Shown piece by piece: positions 26,770-35,327 of a DNA stretch of 64,000 bases. The stretch is from IMG/VR virus record IMGVR_UViG_3300030330_004772, positions 1 through 64,000 of that record. The stretch is one strand, 5' to 3'. How positions within the stretch are numbered: position 1 is the first letter of the stretch; each line of letters begins with the position of its first letter. The DNA is from a virus (lineage: Duplodnaviria; Caudoviricetes). A program made the position numbers and the translations under genes. Below the pieces are notes generated by a model. That model did not search any database, was not told the DNA's origin, and was given only the letters and a program-made list of their open reading frames with translations.

Positions 26770-27612
26770 ATGAAAATTAAATTAACAGAGGAACAATATC
26801 GTAAGTTTGTATCGGAAGATACTAACCGCACTAACTTTATGAATAAAGTCTATAAAGAAATTGAAGGTCATGATTTTGAACATGTTTGGGATTTAATAGT
26901 AAATGTATATGGGTTTACTGTAGATGAAATTATAGAAGATGAGATGTTATATCACTTATTAGGTTATAAAATGTTAGATAGAGTACGAAATTCGGGTTAC
27001 TTAGGTTTTAATCCTAGACCTTATAGAAGGTATATGAATGCGATTGCAGAAAAACTTAGTGATGAAGTATTTGAATCCAATATCCCATCCCCACAGATGG
27101 CAATAGAACTGAAGCAAATACTTTATCTATTTGATGATACAGTTGCAAGAGATGAAACTGTAGAAAGAATATTAAATACTGTAGATTCAGCATTAGAGTA
27201 TTTTTTTGAACATAACTCACCTAAAAAAGCAATACAATTAGCATCACTTTTATATAAAAAAATAAGAGGTGGAGGTATTGTTTTTGATAGAGATGTTATA
27301 AATAAAATTAGAAATTTTGCAGAAAGACAAGGACTAATACTATTCCCTAAAACTGCGGGACTAACTTTTGAGAAAAAGGATGGTATGATACAGTCACTAA
27401 TAAATTACATTCAAGATAAACCTAAGAAAACTAAAGAAGGATTTTTAAAATATATAAATTCTAGAGGTAGATCATCAGGACAACACTCAACATTTTTTAG
27501 AGCGGCAGTACATGCGGGTATTATTAAAAAAGTTAGGGATGGTAGAACAATCACTTACGAATTAGGTCCCAATTACGAAGCGTGGAAAAACGGTAATTTA
27601 GTTGCGTTTTAA
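26770..27612 (+). CDS. Hypothetical protein with MKIKLTEEQYRKFVSE leader and possible C-terminal winged-helix-like segment
   Basis: Start moved to ATG 26770; C-terminal SGQHSTFF.A...AGII...R.G...YELGPN. Confidence 0.7.
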   Translation: MKIKLTEEQYRKFVSEDTNRTNFMNKVYKEIEGHDFEHVWDLIVNVYGFTVDEIIEDEMLYHLLGYKMLDRVRNSGYLGFNPRPYRRYMNAIAEKLSDEVFESNIPSPQMAIELKQILYLFDDTVARDETVERILNTVDSALEYFFEHNSPKKAIQLASLLYKKIRGGGIVFDRDVINKIRNFAERQGLILFPKTAGLTFEKKDGMIQSLINYIQDKPKKTKEGFLKYINSRGRSSGQHSTFFRAAVHAGIIKKVRDGRTITYELGPNYEAWKNGNLVAF

Positions 27613-27653
27613 CGATTTATTTACATTTTGATATTTATTAATAAACTTATCTT

Positions 27654-29447
27654 ATGGATAGAGGTGAAAAATTAAAATTATATGCGAAGTGTTTAGGTGA
27701 TCCGATATATGCAATAGAAACATTTCTTAAAACTTATGACTTAACTCAAAAAGGGTTCGTTCCTTTTAAACTATTTCATAAACAAAAAGAAATAATTAGT
27801 TCATACGAAAAATACAATCGTAATATTGTAACTAAACCTAGACAGGCTGGTGTATCAACTACCACTGCAGCATATATTGCGGCAAAGATTGCATTTGGTG
27901 ATCCTAATAATCCATGGAAAGTACTAGTATTAGCAAATAAACAAACATTAGCACAAGAGTTCCTTAAAAAAATAAAAGATTTTCTAGATCAAATACCATC
28001 ATGGGTATGGGGAATAGATGAAGATGAATCTTATTTATCTATTGAATCTAAGGGACATATTAAAACTAAAGACACTCAATGTGAAGTAAAAGCGTTAGCA
28101 ACCTCTAAAGATGCATTAAGGGGGTATACACCAACATTTTTAGTTATGGATGAAGCGGCATTTATCGATAAAGGAGCAGAAGTATTTGGTGCCGCACTAA
28201 CTTCGTTAGGTACAGGTGGTAAAGTAACTTTAATTTCAACACCTAACGGACAAGATGCATTATACTATAAAACTTATGATGGTGCTAAACAAGGCGATAA
28301 TAACTTCAATATAATCGAAATGAGGTGGCATGAAGATATTAGATATAATAGGGGTTTAAAATGGTTAAGAGGTGAAGACGAAGTTATTGAATGTGAAACG
28401 GTAGGTAGAGAAACATTGAGATGGGAATACAGTGGTAAAACATATGAAACTAATAGTATTGATATAAGCGACTATAATGTAATGGTAAAAGATGGGTGGA
28501 AAGGTTCTTCTCCGTGGTATGAAGAAATGTGTAGAGATATGAATGGGGACAAAAAACAAATAGCACAGGAATTAGACGTATCCTTTGTTTCTTCAGGAGG
28601 TAATGTAATAGATGAAGAATACATAGAGTTTCAAGAAAAAAATAATGTACAAGAACCAAAATATAAGGCAGAGATGGAAAAATCTATGTGGATATGGAAA
28701 GAACCTGAAGAAGGACATAAATATATTATGGGTGTAGATGTTTCTAGAGGAGATGGGAAAGATAGTTCTACTATTGTAATATTAGATTTTGAAAACTTAG
28801 AACAAGTTGCAGAATTTAAGTATAAATTACCTCCAGATCTATTGGCAGAAATAGTTTATAAGTATGGTAATTTATATAATGCATATACTGTTGTAGATAT
28901 TACAGGTGGTATGGGAGTTTCTACTGTAATGAAATTATTAGAGATGGGGTATGAACATTTACATTATGATGATCCTAAAAGTAGAAAATTAAGTGAAAAA
29001 TATGTTAAAACATTATATAAACAAGGTGATAAAGTACCTGGTTTTAATGTTGGTAGTAGTAGATTACAAATGGTTAGTGATTTAGAAGAACACATAAGAG
29101 AAAATAAAACAATAATTCGTTCTGTTAGGTTAATATCGGAATTAAAAACTTTTGTTTATAGAAATGGTAGACCTGATCATATGGATGGATATCATGATGA
29201 TATCATTATGGCATTGGCAATGCCATTATTCGTAGTTCAAACAACTTTTAAAAAACTAAAACAGGCAGAAAATCAAACAAGGGCAATGTTAGATAGTTGG
29301 ACAACTGTTAGTAATAGTAGTAATAAAATTACCCCTAAACCTATTCATACTAACCCATTTTATAGTAATACGCCCACTTATCATCCTAAACAAAACCATA
29401 ATAATACAGATAGTGGTGATTATAATTGGTTATTTGGTATAAAGTAA
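27654..29447 (+). CDS. terL: Terminase large subunit (T4 gp17-like)
   Basis: KPRQAGVST, FLVMDEAAF, ISTPNG, MGVDVSRG, HDDIIMALA. Confidence 0.95.
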   Translation: MDRGEKLKLYAKCLGDPIYAIETFLKTYDLTQKGFVPFKLFHKQKEIISSYEKYNRNIVTKPRQAGVSTTTAAYIAAKIAFGDPNNPWKVLVLANKQTLAQEFLKKIKDFLDQIPSWVWGIDEDESYLSIESKGHIKTKDTQCEVKALATSKDALRGYTPTFLVMDEAAFIDKGAEVFGAALTSLGTGGKVTLISTPNGQDALYYKTYDGAKQGDNNFNIIEMRWHEDIRYNRGLKWLRGEDEVIECETVGRETLRWEYSGKTYETNSIDISDYNVMVKDGWKGSSPWYEEMCRDMNGDKKQIAQELDVSFVSSGGNVIDEEYIEFQEKNNVQEPKYKAEMEKSMWIWKEPEEGHKYIMGVDVSRGDGKDSSTIVILDFENLEQVAEFKYKLPPDLLAEIVYKYGNLYNAYTVVDITGGMGVSTVMKLLEMGYEHLHYDDPKSRKLSEKYVKTLYKQGDKVPGFNVGSSRLQMVSDLEEHIRENKTIIRSVRLISELKTFVYRNGRPDHMDGYHDDIIMALAMPLFVVQTTFKKLKQAENQTRAMLDSWTTVSNSSNKITPKPIHTNPFYSNTPTYHPKQNHNNTDSGDYNWLFGIK

Positions 29448-29499
29448 CATTTAGTTTTTACCAGATATTTATTATAATAGTAAAAGATAATATATAAAA

Positions 29500-31479
29500 A
29501 TGGCAAAAAAAACAATATTTCAACAATTAGGTGACTTATTTGGTCCGGAAAGAAAACAGACTACTAATAAATCTAGATATTCTTTAAATGATAAAGAATT
29601 ATTAAAAACTAAATCACAAGAAGAATATAACTATGAGTTATTACAAAAACAACAAGACGCTTATTTATCTAATCAATGGAAGAAGGTTGATAACGAAATA
29701 TATCAACATTCTATTTATTACGAAACTACGAGATTAGCTTCTTATGCTGATTTTGAAGGTATGGAATTTTTTCCTGAAATTGCGGCAGCATTAGATATTT
29801 TTATGGAAGAATCTACTACACCTAATGGTGAAGGGAGAATATTAAATATATTCTCTGAAAGTAAAAGAGTAAGAAGAATATTACAAGATTTATTTTTTAA
29901 CAGATTAGATATACACACTAATTTACCTATGTGGGTAAGAAATACATGTAAATATGGTGATAATTTTTTATATATGTCGATAGATAGTGAAAATGGAGTA
30001 CAAAGTGTAAAACAATTACCTAATATTGAAATTACGAGAAAAGAAAATGATGGTTTTGGTGAAAATGCAAATACTAGTAGTGATGATAAGTTTAACCCTG
30101 TTAAGTTTGTTTGGGGACAAAAAGATATGGAATTTAATGCGTGGCAAGTTGCCCATTTTAGGTTATTGGGAGATGATAGAAGATTACCTTATGGAACATC
30201 AATTTTAGAAAAGGCAAGAAGAATATGGAAACAATTACTTCTTTCTGAGGATGCAATGTTAATATATAGAGTTACTAGAGCACCTGAAAGAAGAATATTT
30301 AAAATATTTGTTGGTAATATAGATGAGAAAGATGTTCCTGCATATGTTAATAAAATTGCAGATAACTTCAAAAGAAGCCCGGTAATTGATCAACAAACCG
30401 GTCAAATAGATACACGTTACAATCAAATGGCACAAGATCAAGATTACTTTGTACCAGTTAGAGATCCCAACGCCCCTAGTCCAATAGATACTCTTCCAGG
30501 CGCAACTAACCTTTCAGAAATTGCGGATATACAGTTTTTACAAAAGAAATTATTTACTGCCCTTAGAGTACCTAAACCATTTTTAGGTTTTGAGGAGGTT
30601 GCAGGTGAAGGTAAAAACTTAGCTTTACAGGATATTAGATTCGCTAGAACAATCAATAGAGTTCAACAAGCAATTATACAAGAATTAAATAAAATTGCAA
30701 TTATACATTTATATATCTTAGGATTAGAAGACGATTTAGAAAATTTCACTTTAACACTTAATAATCCTTCTACACAGGCTGAGATGTTGAAGATAGAACA
30801 GAATCAGCTCAAAGTAACTCTTTATAAAGATGCAGTATCTGATGCAGGTAATGGTTTTGGTGCGTATTCTATGACTAGAGCTAAAAGAGATATTTTAGGG
30901 ATGTCTGAAGAAGAAATTAGAGTCGATTTAGAACAACAAAGAATGGAAAAAGCTGCAAGTGCAGAAATGGAACAAACCTCAACAATAATTAAGAAAACTG
31001 GTTTATTCGATAGAGTAGATACCTTATATGGTGATCCTTTAGGTATGAGCAATGGTGATGCAGGTGGAGACGCAGGTGGAGACGCAGGTGGTGATGCAGG
31101 TGGAGACGCAGGTGGAGACGCAGGTGGATTTGGTGATATTGGAGGTGGATTTGGTGATATTGGAGGTGCAGCAGATAGTGCAGCAGATAGTGCAGCAGAT
31201 AGTGCAGCAGGTGGTGAGGCAACTGAAGCGGAAGCAGGTGCGGCAACAGAGTCCACAGAAAAAAAGGAAAATTTACTTTTAGAACAAGAAAAAAATAAAT
31301 TAAATGAAAAAACTAAAAAATATCAAAATCTATATTTAAAAAGATTAATAGAAAGTATAGATTCAGATGATAGAGTTTTTAAAGTGGAGGGTATAGATGA
31401 AGAGGTAGATACTATAAACTCTAAAATAAGTAAAATGTCTGCAGATATAGATAATATTTTAAAGGAAGAAGAAAAATAA
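29500..31479 (+). CDS. Portal protein (T4 gp20-like) with long low-complexity C-terminal tail
   Basis: IYRVTRAPERRIFKIFVGN, QDYFVPVRD, IDTLPGATNL, KKLFTALRVP, DIRFARTI. Confidence 0.93.
   Translation: MAKKTIFQQLGDLFGPERKQTTNKSRYSLNDKELLKTKSQEEYNYELLQKQQDAYLSNQWKKVDNEIYQHSIYYETTRLASYADFEGMEFFPEIAAALDIFMEESTTPNGEGRILNIFSESKRVRRILQDLFFNRLDIHTNLPMWVRNTCKYGDNFLYMSIDSENGVQSVKQLPNIEITRKENDGFGENANTSSDDKFNPVKFVWGQKDMEFNAWQVAHFRLLGDDRRLPYGTSILEKARRIWKQLLLSEDAMLIYRVTRAPERRIFKIFVGNIDEKDVPAYVNKIADNFKRSPVIDQQTGQIDTRYNQMAQDQDYFVPVRDPNAPSPIDTLPGATNLSEIADIQFLQKKLFTALRVPKPFLGFEEVAGEGKNLALQDIRFARTINRVQQAIIQELNKIAIIHLYILGLEDDLENFTLTLNNPSTQAEMLKIEQNQLKVTLYKDAVSDAGNGFGAYSMTRAKRDILGMSEEEIRVDLEQQRMEKAASAEMEQTSTIIKKTGLFDRVDTLYGDPLGMSNGDAGGDAGGDAGGDAGGDAGGDAGGFGDIGGGFGDIGGAADSAADSAADSAAGGEATEAEAGAATESTEKKENLLLEQEKNKLNEKTKKYQNLYLKRLIESIDSDDRVFKVEGIDEEVDTINSKISKMSADIDNILKEEEK
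31054..31203 (+). repeat. Coding tandem repeats in the portal tail: 6x12 bp (GDAG), 2x21 bp (GFGDIGG), 3x12 bp (AADS)
   Basis: Units counted directly in the sequence. Confidence 0.9.
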
Positions 31480-31519
31480 ACTTTTTATCTTATTCTAATA
31501 TTTATTAATAAACAATACT

Positions 31520-32287
31520 ATGAATAACTTTGGAAACATAAAAGATACTTTTAATGATATTTTAACAGAATCATTATTAAATAAAGATAAAAAAGGTAAA
31601 AAACTTTTTTCCCAATATCTTAACATATTAAAAGAAGATAATAATTTAAGAAACGAATATCTTATATTTAAAAATTTGACATCTGTTAAATTTAAAAACG
31701 AAACAGATGCGATACATTTTATCAATGAGAATATTGAATTATTAAAAAATAATGATTCATCACAAGGGCTTAAAAAGTTAAAGTCGTTGTTAAAAGGTAA
31801 AAATATAAATGTAAGTAATTCTGAGTTATATGAACACATAAATACCTTAAGAAATACTGAAAAAACACCTGAAACTTTAATTAAATTACAAAAATCATTA
31901 AATTATTTAAGTGAGAATATGTTAAAAGAAGTTGTTGTAGAAAAAAATGAGTTTGACACAGTAGATGTACCACCAAGTGTACTAACGAAAATGGCGACAA
32001 ATAGATTTAATTTAAAATATCAAGATATTACTGAGGGAGAAAAAGAAATCATTAAAACTATATTAAATGGGAATGATGAAGATAAAAAAGAAGTTTATAA
32101 TAACTTAAAAACTGAATGTATCGATATCATAGATAAAAAACTAAATGAAAATGTTGATCTGGACATCAAAGATAAGTTACTCAAAGTCAAAGATAAATTA
32201 TTAAGGATGACTTATAGTTCAGATGAATATGTTAAGGACATAAATAATGTTTATGAACTTAAAAATTCAGTGGCCACTGAGGAATAA
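31520..32287 (+). CDS. Helical hypothetical protein in the head module
   Basis: 255 aa; ATATTTAT at 31498; N-terminal ILTES. Confidence 0.75.
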   Translation: MNNFGNIKDTFNDILTESLLNKDKKGKKLFSQYLNILKEDNNLRNEYLIFKNLTSVKFKNETDAIHFINENIELLKNNDSSQGLKKLKSLLKGKNINVSNSELYEHINTLRNTEKTPETLIKLQKSLNYLSENMLKEVVVEKNEFDTVDVPPSVLTKMATNRFNLKYQDITEGEKEIIKTILNGNDEDKKEVYNNLKTECIDIIDKKLNENVDLDIKDKLLKVKDKLLRMTYSSDEYVKDINNVYELKNSVATEE

Positions 32288-32306
32288 CAAAAAATAAATT
32301 TATATT

Positions 32307-32531
32307 ATGGAAGAAATTTTTAATAAAGTAAAAGGTTTTTTCGCGGGTATTACTGACCTATTAATGACATTTTTAAGTGTCGGTATCTTAGTACAAGTAC
32401 TTTTTGGAGGTGCGGTATTTGGGATGGATGTAGTAGGTAACGTTACTAATCTAATTGAATCTTTAGGTAATTCTGGTTTTGTTGGACTATTAGCAGTTGT
32501 AGTATTAGTGAATATCTTAAATAAAAAATAA
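32307..32531 (+). CDS. Small two-helix membrane protein
   Basis: 74 aa with two hydrophobic segments; followed by its own terminator. Confidence 0.7.
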   Translation: MEEIFNKVKGFFAGITDLLMTFLSVGILVQVLFGGAVFGMDVVGNVTNLIESLGNSGFVGLLAVVVLVNILNKK

Positions 32532-32555
32532 CAACATAATTAATAACTAAATATT

Positions 32556-32583
32556 AACCCACACTTAAGTTGTGGGTTTTTTT
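32556..32583 (+). terminator. Intrinsic terminator
   Basis: AACCCACA-CTTAAGT-TGTGGGTT plus T-run. Confidence 0.8.
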
Positions 32584-32599
32584 ATGCGGTTATCTGCGA

Positions 32600-32631
32600 T
32601 TTGACATATAGACATAAAATGATTATCTTTA
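32600..32631 (+). promoter_or_regulatory. Bacteroidota-type promoter variant (TTTG-N20-TATCTTTA)
   Basis: Follows the terminator and precedes ATG 32665. Confidence 0.6.
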
Positions 32632-32664
32632 TATAAAAATAATATATAAATAAAGTAATTATGA

Positions 32665-33099
32665 ATGAAACGAGGAAAAGAATTAAAATTAAATTTAAAC
32701 CCAAATTACAAAATAAAATTGGGTACGGTAGATAATAAAAATCCAAAAACAATATATATAAATTTAACCGCTTGGGGTCAATTAAAAAAATATGATATAG
32801 ATTTAAATTACGATAATGTCATTAATAAGTTAAGAACAAAAATTAAACATAAAATTAATAGTTATAATGTAGATGCATTTCATAATGGTAAATATATAGT
32901 AGATTTAGATATGAGATCTTCAGGTATTAAACCTACTAAAAGAAGTTTTATGTCTTGTGAAATCACACTATTCCAAAGAAATATAACACCAGTTAATAAT
33001 CCCACTTTAGTACATACAACTTCAGAATTAATAAATGATGTAATTAAAAATTGTTTAGATAAGAGTGAACATTTCACTTTTTATAAAACTAAAAATTAA
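32665..33099 (+). CDS. Hypothetical protein
   Basis: 144-aa basic ORF between the portal region and the protease. Confidence 0.75.
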   Translation: MKRGKELKLNLNPNYKIKLGTVDNKNPKTIYINLTAWGQLKKYDIDLNYDNVINKLRTKIKHKINSYNVDAFHNGKYIVDLDMRSSGIKPTKRSFMSCEITLFQRNITPVNNPTLVHTTSELINDVIKNCLDKSEHFTFYKTKN

Positions 33100-33146
33100 A
33101 GTTTTTTATAATAAAGATATATTTATTACTAAAGAATATCGTTATT

Positions 33147-33833
33147 ATGGAAATATTAAAAAACAATGACTTAAATAAAAAAGGTATACTAGTAGAATAT
33201 GATGCTGGTTATATATCACCTAAAGATAACAGACACTTTATTAACGAAATAAATAAACTAACTAAAGGAGAGCAGATTATTGAAGATCCTTTAGTTGTTT
33301 ATGCAGTTATGCAAAAATATGGTGTTGAGAATAGAAACGGTAGAGTATATCCTGAAGATATTCTAAAAAGAGAGGGTGAAAATTATACAAAACTAATAAA
33401 AGAAAAAAGAGCAATGGGTGAAGCGGATCATCCAGAATCTTCTATAGTAGCAATAAGTAGGATATCCCACAATGTCATAGATTTATGGTGGGAAGGAAAT
33501 GTAATGATGGGGAAATTAGAAATAATTATGTCACCAGGATTTATAACACAAGGAATTATTTCATGCGAAGGAGACCAAGTGGCGAATTTATTACGTAAAG
33601 GTTTAAAGATTGGTGTATCATCTAGAGGTGTAGGTTCACTAAAAAAAGAAAGCGGCAAAAACGTAGTACAAGATGACTTCGAATTAATTTGTTGGGACGT
33701 TGTTACGTCCCCGTCAACTCCCGGTTCTTGGATATATAATGAAGAGCCTAGTAGAGAACAACAAATGTCAGAATCTAAAAAATCTGATAAGACTTTATTA
33801 GTAGACGGATTAAATAATTTTTTGTCTGATTAA
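33147..33833 (+). CDS. Prohead maturation protease (T4 gp21-like)
   Basis: NRNGRVYP, MGEADHP (catalytic His), GVSSRGVGSL (catalytic Ser), DVVTSPSTP. Confidence 0.93.
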   Translation: MEILKNNDLNKKGILVEYDAGYISPKDNRHFINEINKLTKGEQIIEDPLVVYAVMQKYGVENRNGRVYPEDILKREGENYTKLIKEKRAMGEADHPESSIVAISRISHNVIDLWWEGNVMMGKLEIIMSPGFITQGIISCEGDQVANLLRKGLKIGVSSRGVGSLKKESGKNVVQDDFELICWDVVTSPSTPGSWIYNEEPSREQQMSESKKSDKTLLVDGLNNFLSD

Positions 33834-33947
33834 TTTCATAATAAAGTAACACTTTTATCATTTTTTGCATATTTATAAAAAAAACAGCGCACTTAGTGCC
33901 TGCATTTTTTATTATAATAACAAAATGTAAAAAAAATAAAATTTACA

Positions 33948-35291
33948 ATGGCGACAAAAAGAAAATCAATCATCGAAGAGGCTTTGTTAGAAGCAAAGTC
34001 TTTAGAGGATGCCTTAAAAGCCAACACGAAAGAAATGCTTGCCGCTCATATGAAGCAAGAAATTGAGAACATCGTAGAGTCATCTTTAAAAGAACAAGAT
34101 GAAGAAGAAATTGAAATCGATGTGGAAGGATCCGATGAAGAAATGGAAGAAATGCCAGCGTTAGAAGCTGGAGACGATTCAGAAGGGGATGCTGATGAAG
34201 CAGACTCAGAAGAGTCAGAATTAATGGATTTAGATGTCGATCTTGACGCTTTAGCGGGAGACGATGATGAAGATGTTGAATTAGATGTTGTTGAATTACC
34301 CTCAGATCTAGATATGGGTGATGAAGAAGAATTAGATTTAACTGGTGCATCAGACGAAGAAGTAATCGCAGTATTTAAGAAAATGAGCGATGAAGACGAA
34401 GTTGAGGTTGTTAAAGACACAGAAGGAATCCACTTAACAGATAACGAAACCGGTGCAGAATACTACATTAAAGAAGGTGACGAACATTATGAAGAATCTT
34501 ACGACAAAATGGATGAAGAGAAAGATTGTATGAAAGAGGAAGCAGGATGTGGAAAACGTTACGAAGAAGGACATGATCATATGGACGAAGAAGTAATGTA
34601 TGAGATCGAACTAGATGAAATGGATGACATGGAAGAAGGTTATGACATGGAAGAAGGTTATGATATGGAAGAAGGTTATGATATGGAAGAAGGTCACGAT
34701 ATGGAAGAAGGTCACGATATGGAAGAAGGTCACGATATGGAAGAAACTTTAGATTTAGATGAAGAAGAAACTATCGAAGAAGATAAACTTAAAAGACACC
34801 AATCTAATGGATATAATAAATATCATGGTGCCAAAGCAGGATCAGATCAAGTATCAGAATCTAAAAGAAGAACACCTAAAAATGTAAAAAAAGTAACGGA
34901 ATCAAAAATTATGAAAGAATACAAAGAGTTAAAATCCAAAAACGAAGAGTATAAAGGAGCACTTAAAGTATTCAAGAATAAATTAAACGAAGTTGCTTTA
35001 TTCAATACAAATTTAGCATACGTTAATAGATTATTTACTGAACATTCTACTACTAAATCAGAAAAGATGGAAATCTTAAAAAGATTTGATAGTGCGGAAT
35101 CGATTAAAGAATCTAAAACTATCTATAAATCAGTAAAAAGTGAATTAGATTCTAAATCACCAATTACTGAATCTGTTGAGAATAAGGTTAACAAGACTGT
35201 TAAGTCTTCTAAATCGGATTTGAATGAATCTACGGCATACGTAGATCCACAAATAACTGCGATTAAAGATTTGATGAAAAGAATATCATAA
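33948..35291 (+). CDS. Prohead scaffold/core protein (T4 gp22-like position)
   Basis: Acidic, lies between protease and MCP, many (I/L)xE sites, C-terminal coiled coil. Confidence 0.85.
   Translation: MATKRKSIIEEALLEAKSLEDALKANTKEMLAAHMKQEIENIVESSLKEQDEEEIEIDVEGSDEEMEEMPALEAGDDSEGDADEADSEESELMDLDVDLDALAGDDDEDVELDVVELPSDLDMGDEEELDLTGASDEEVIAVFKKMSDEDEVEVVKDTEGIHLTDNETGAEYYIKEGDEHYEESYDKMDEEKDCMKEEAGCGKRYEEGHDHMDEEVMYEIELDEMDDMEEGYDMEEGYDMEEGYDMEEGHDMEEGHDMEEGHDMEETLDLDEEETIEEDKLKRHQSNGYNKYHGAKAGSDQVSESKRRTPKNVKKVTESKIMKEYKELKSKNEEYKGALKVFKNKLNEVALFNTNLAYVNRLFTEHSTTKSEKMEILKRFDSAESIKESKTIYKSVKSELDSKSPITESVENKVNKTVKSSKSDLNESTAYVDPQITAIKDLMKRIS
34626..34745 (+). repeat. 18-bp coding tandem repeat (DMEEG[Y/H] x6 plus a partial unit)
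   Basis: ga(c/t)atggaagaaggt(tat/cac) units counted directly. Confidence 0.9.
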
Positions 35292-35327
35292 AAATAACAA
35301 ATAACAAAAAAATAAAAAACTCAAAAC

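Noticed and set aside
3615-26770. Upstream alternative starts given by the ORF track (3720, 5593, 7940, 10222, 10276, 12215, 16297, 24959, 26758; also 605 and 51061)
   Set aside because: They use TTG/GTG-type or overlapping starts, or run through promoter motifs. Downstream ATGs give clean leaders or signal peptides and fit TAATG overlaps or the promoter position.
31054-31203. Short tandem repeats here and at 19426-19842, 34626-34745 and 49157-49252 as a possible CRISPR array or DGR
   Set aside because: All units are multiples of 3, in frame within CDSs and lack unique spacers; no cas or reverse transcriptase gene is present.
30822-31282. Alternative-frame and antisense ORFs over the portal tail (also 33970-34420 and 19593-20147)
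   Set aside because: Shadows of low-complexity coding repeats; no independent promoter or start context.
32307-32531. Definite holin call
   Set aside because: Only hydrophobicity supports it and no endolysin is adjacent; left as a membrane protein.
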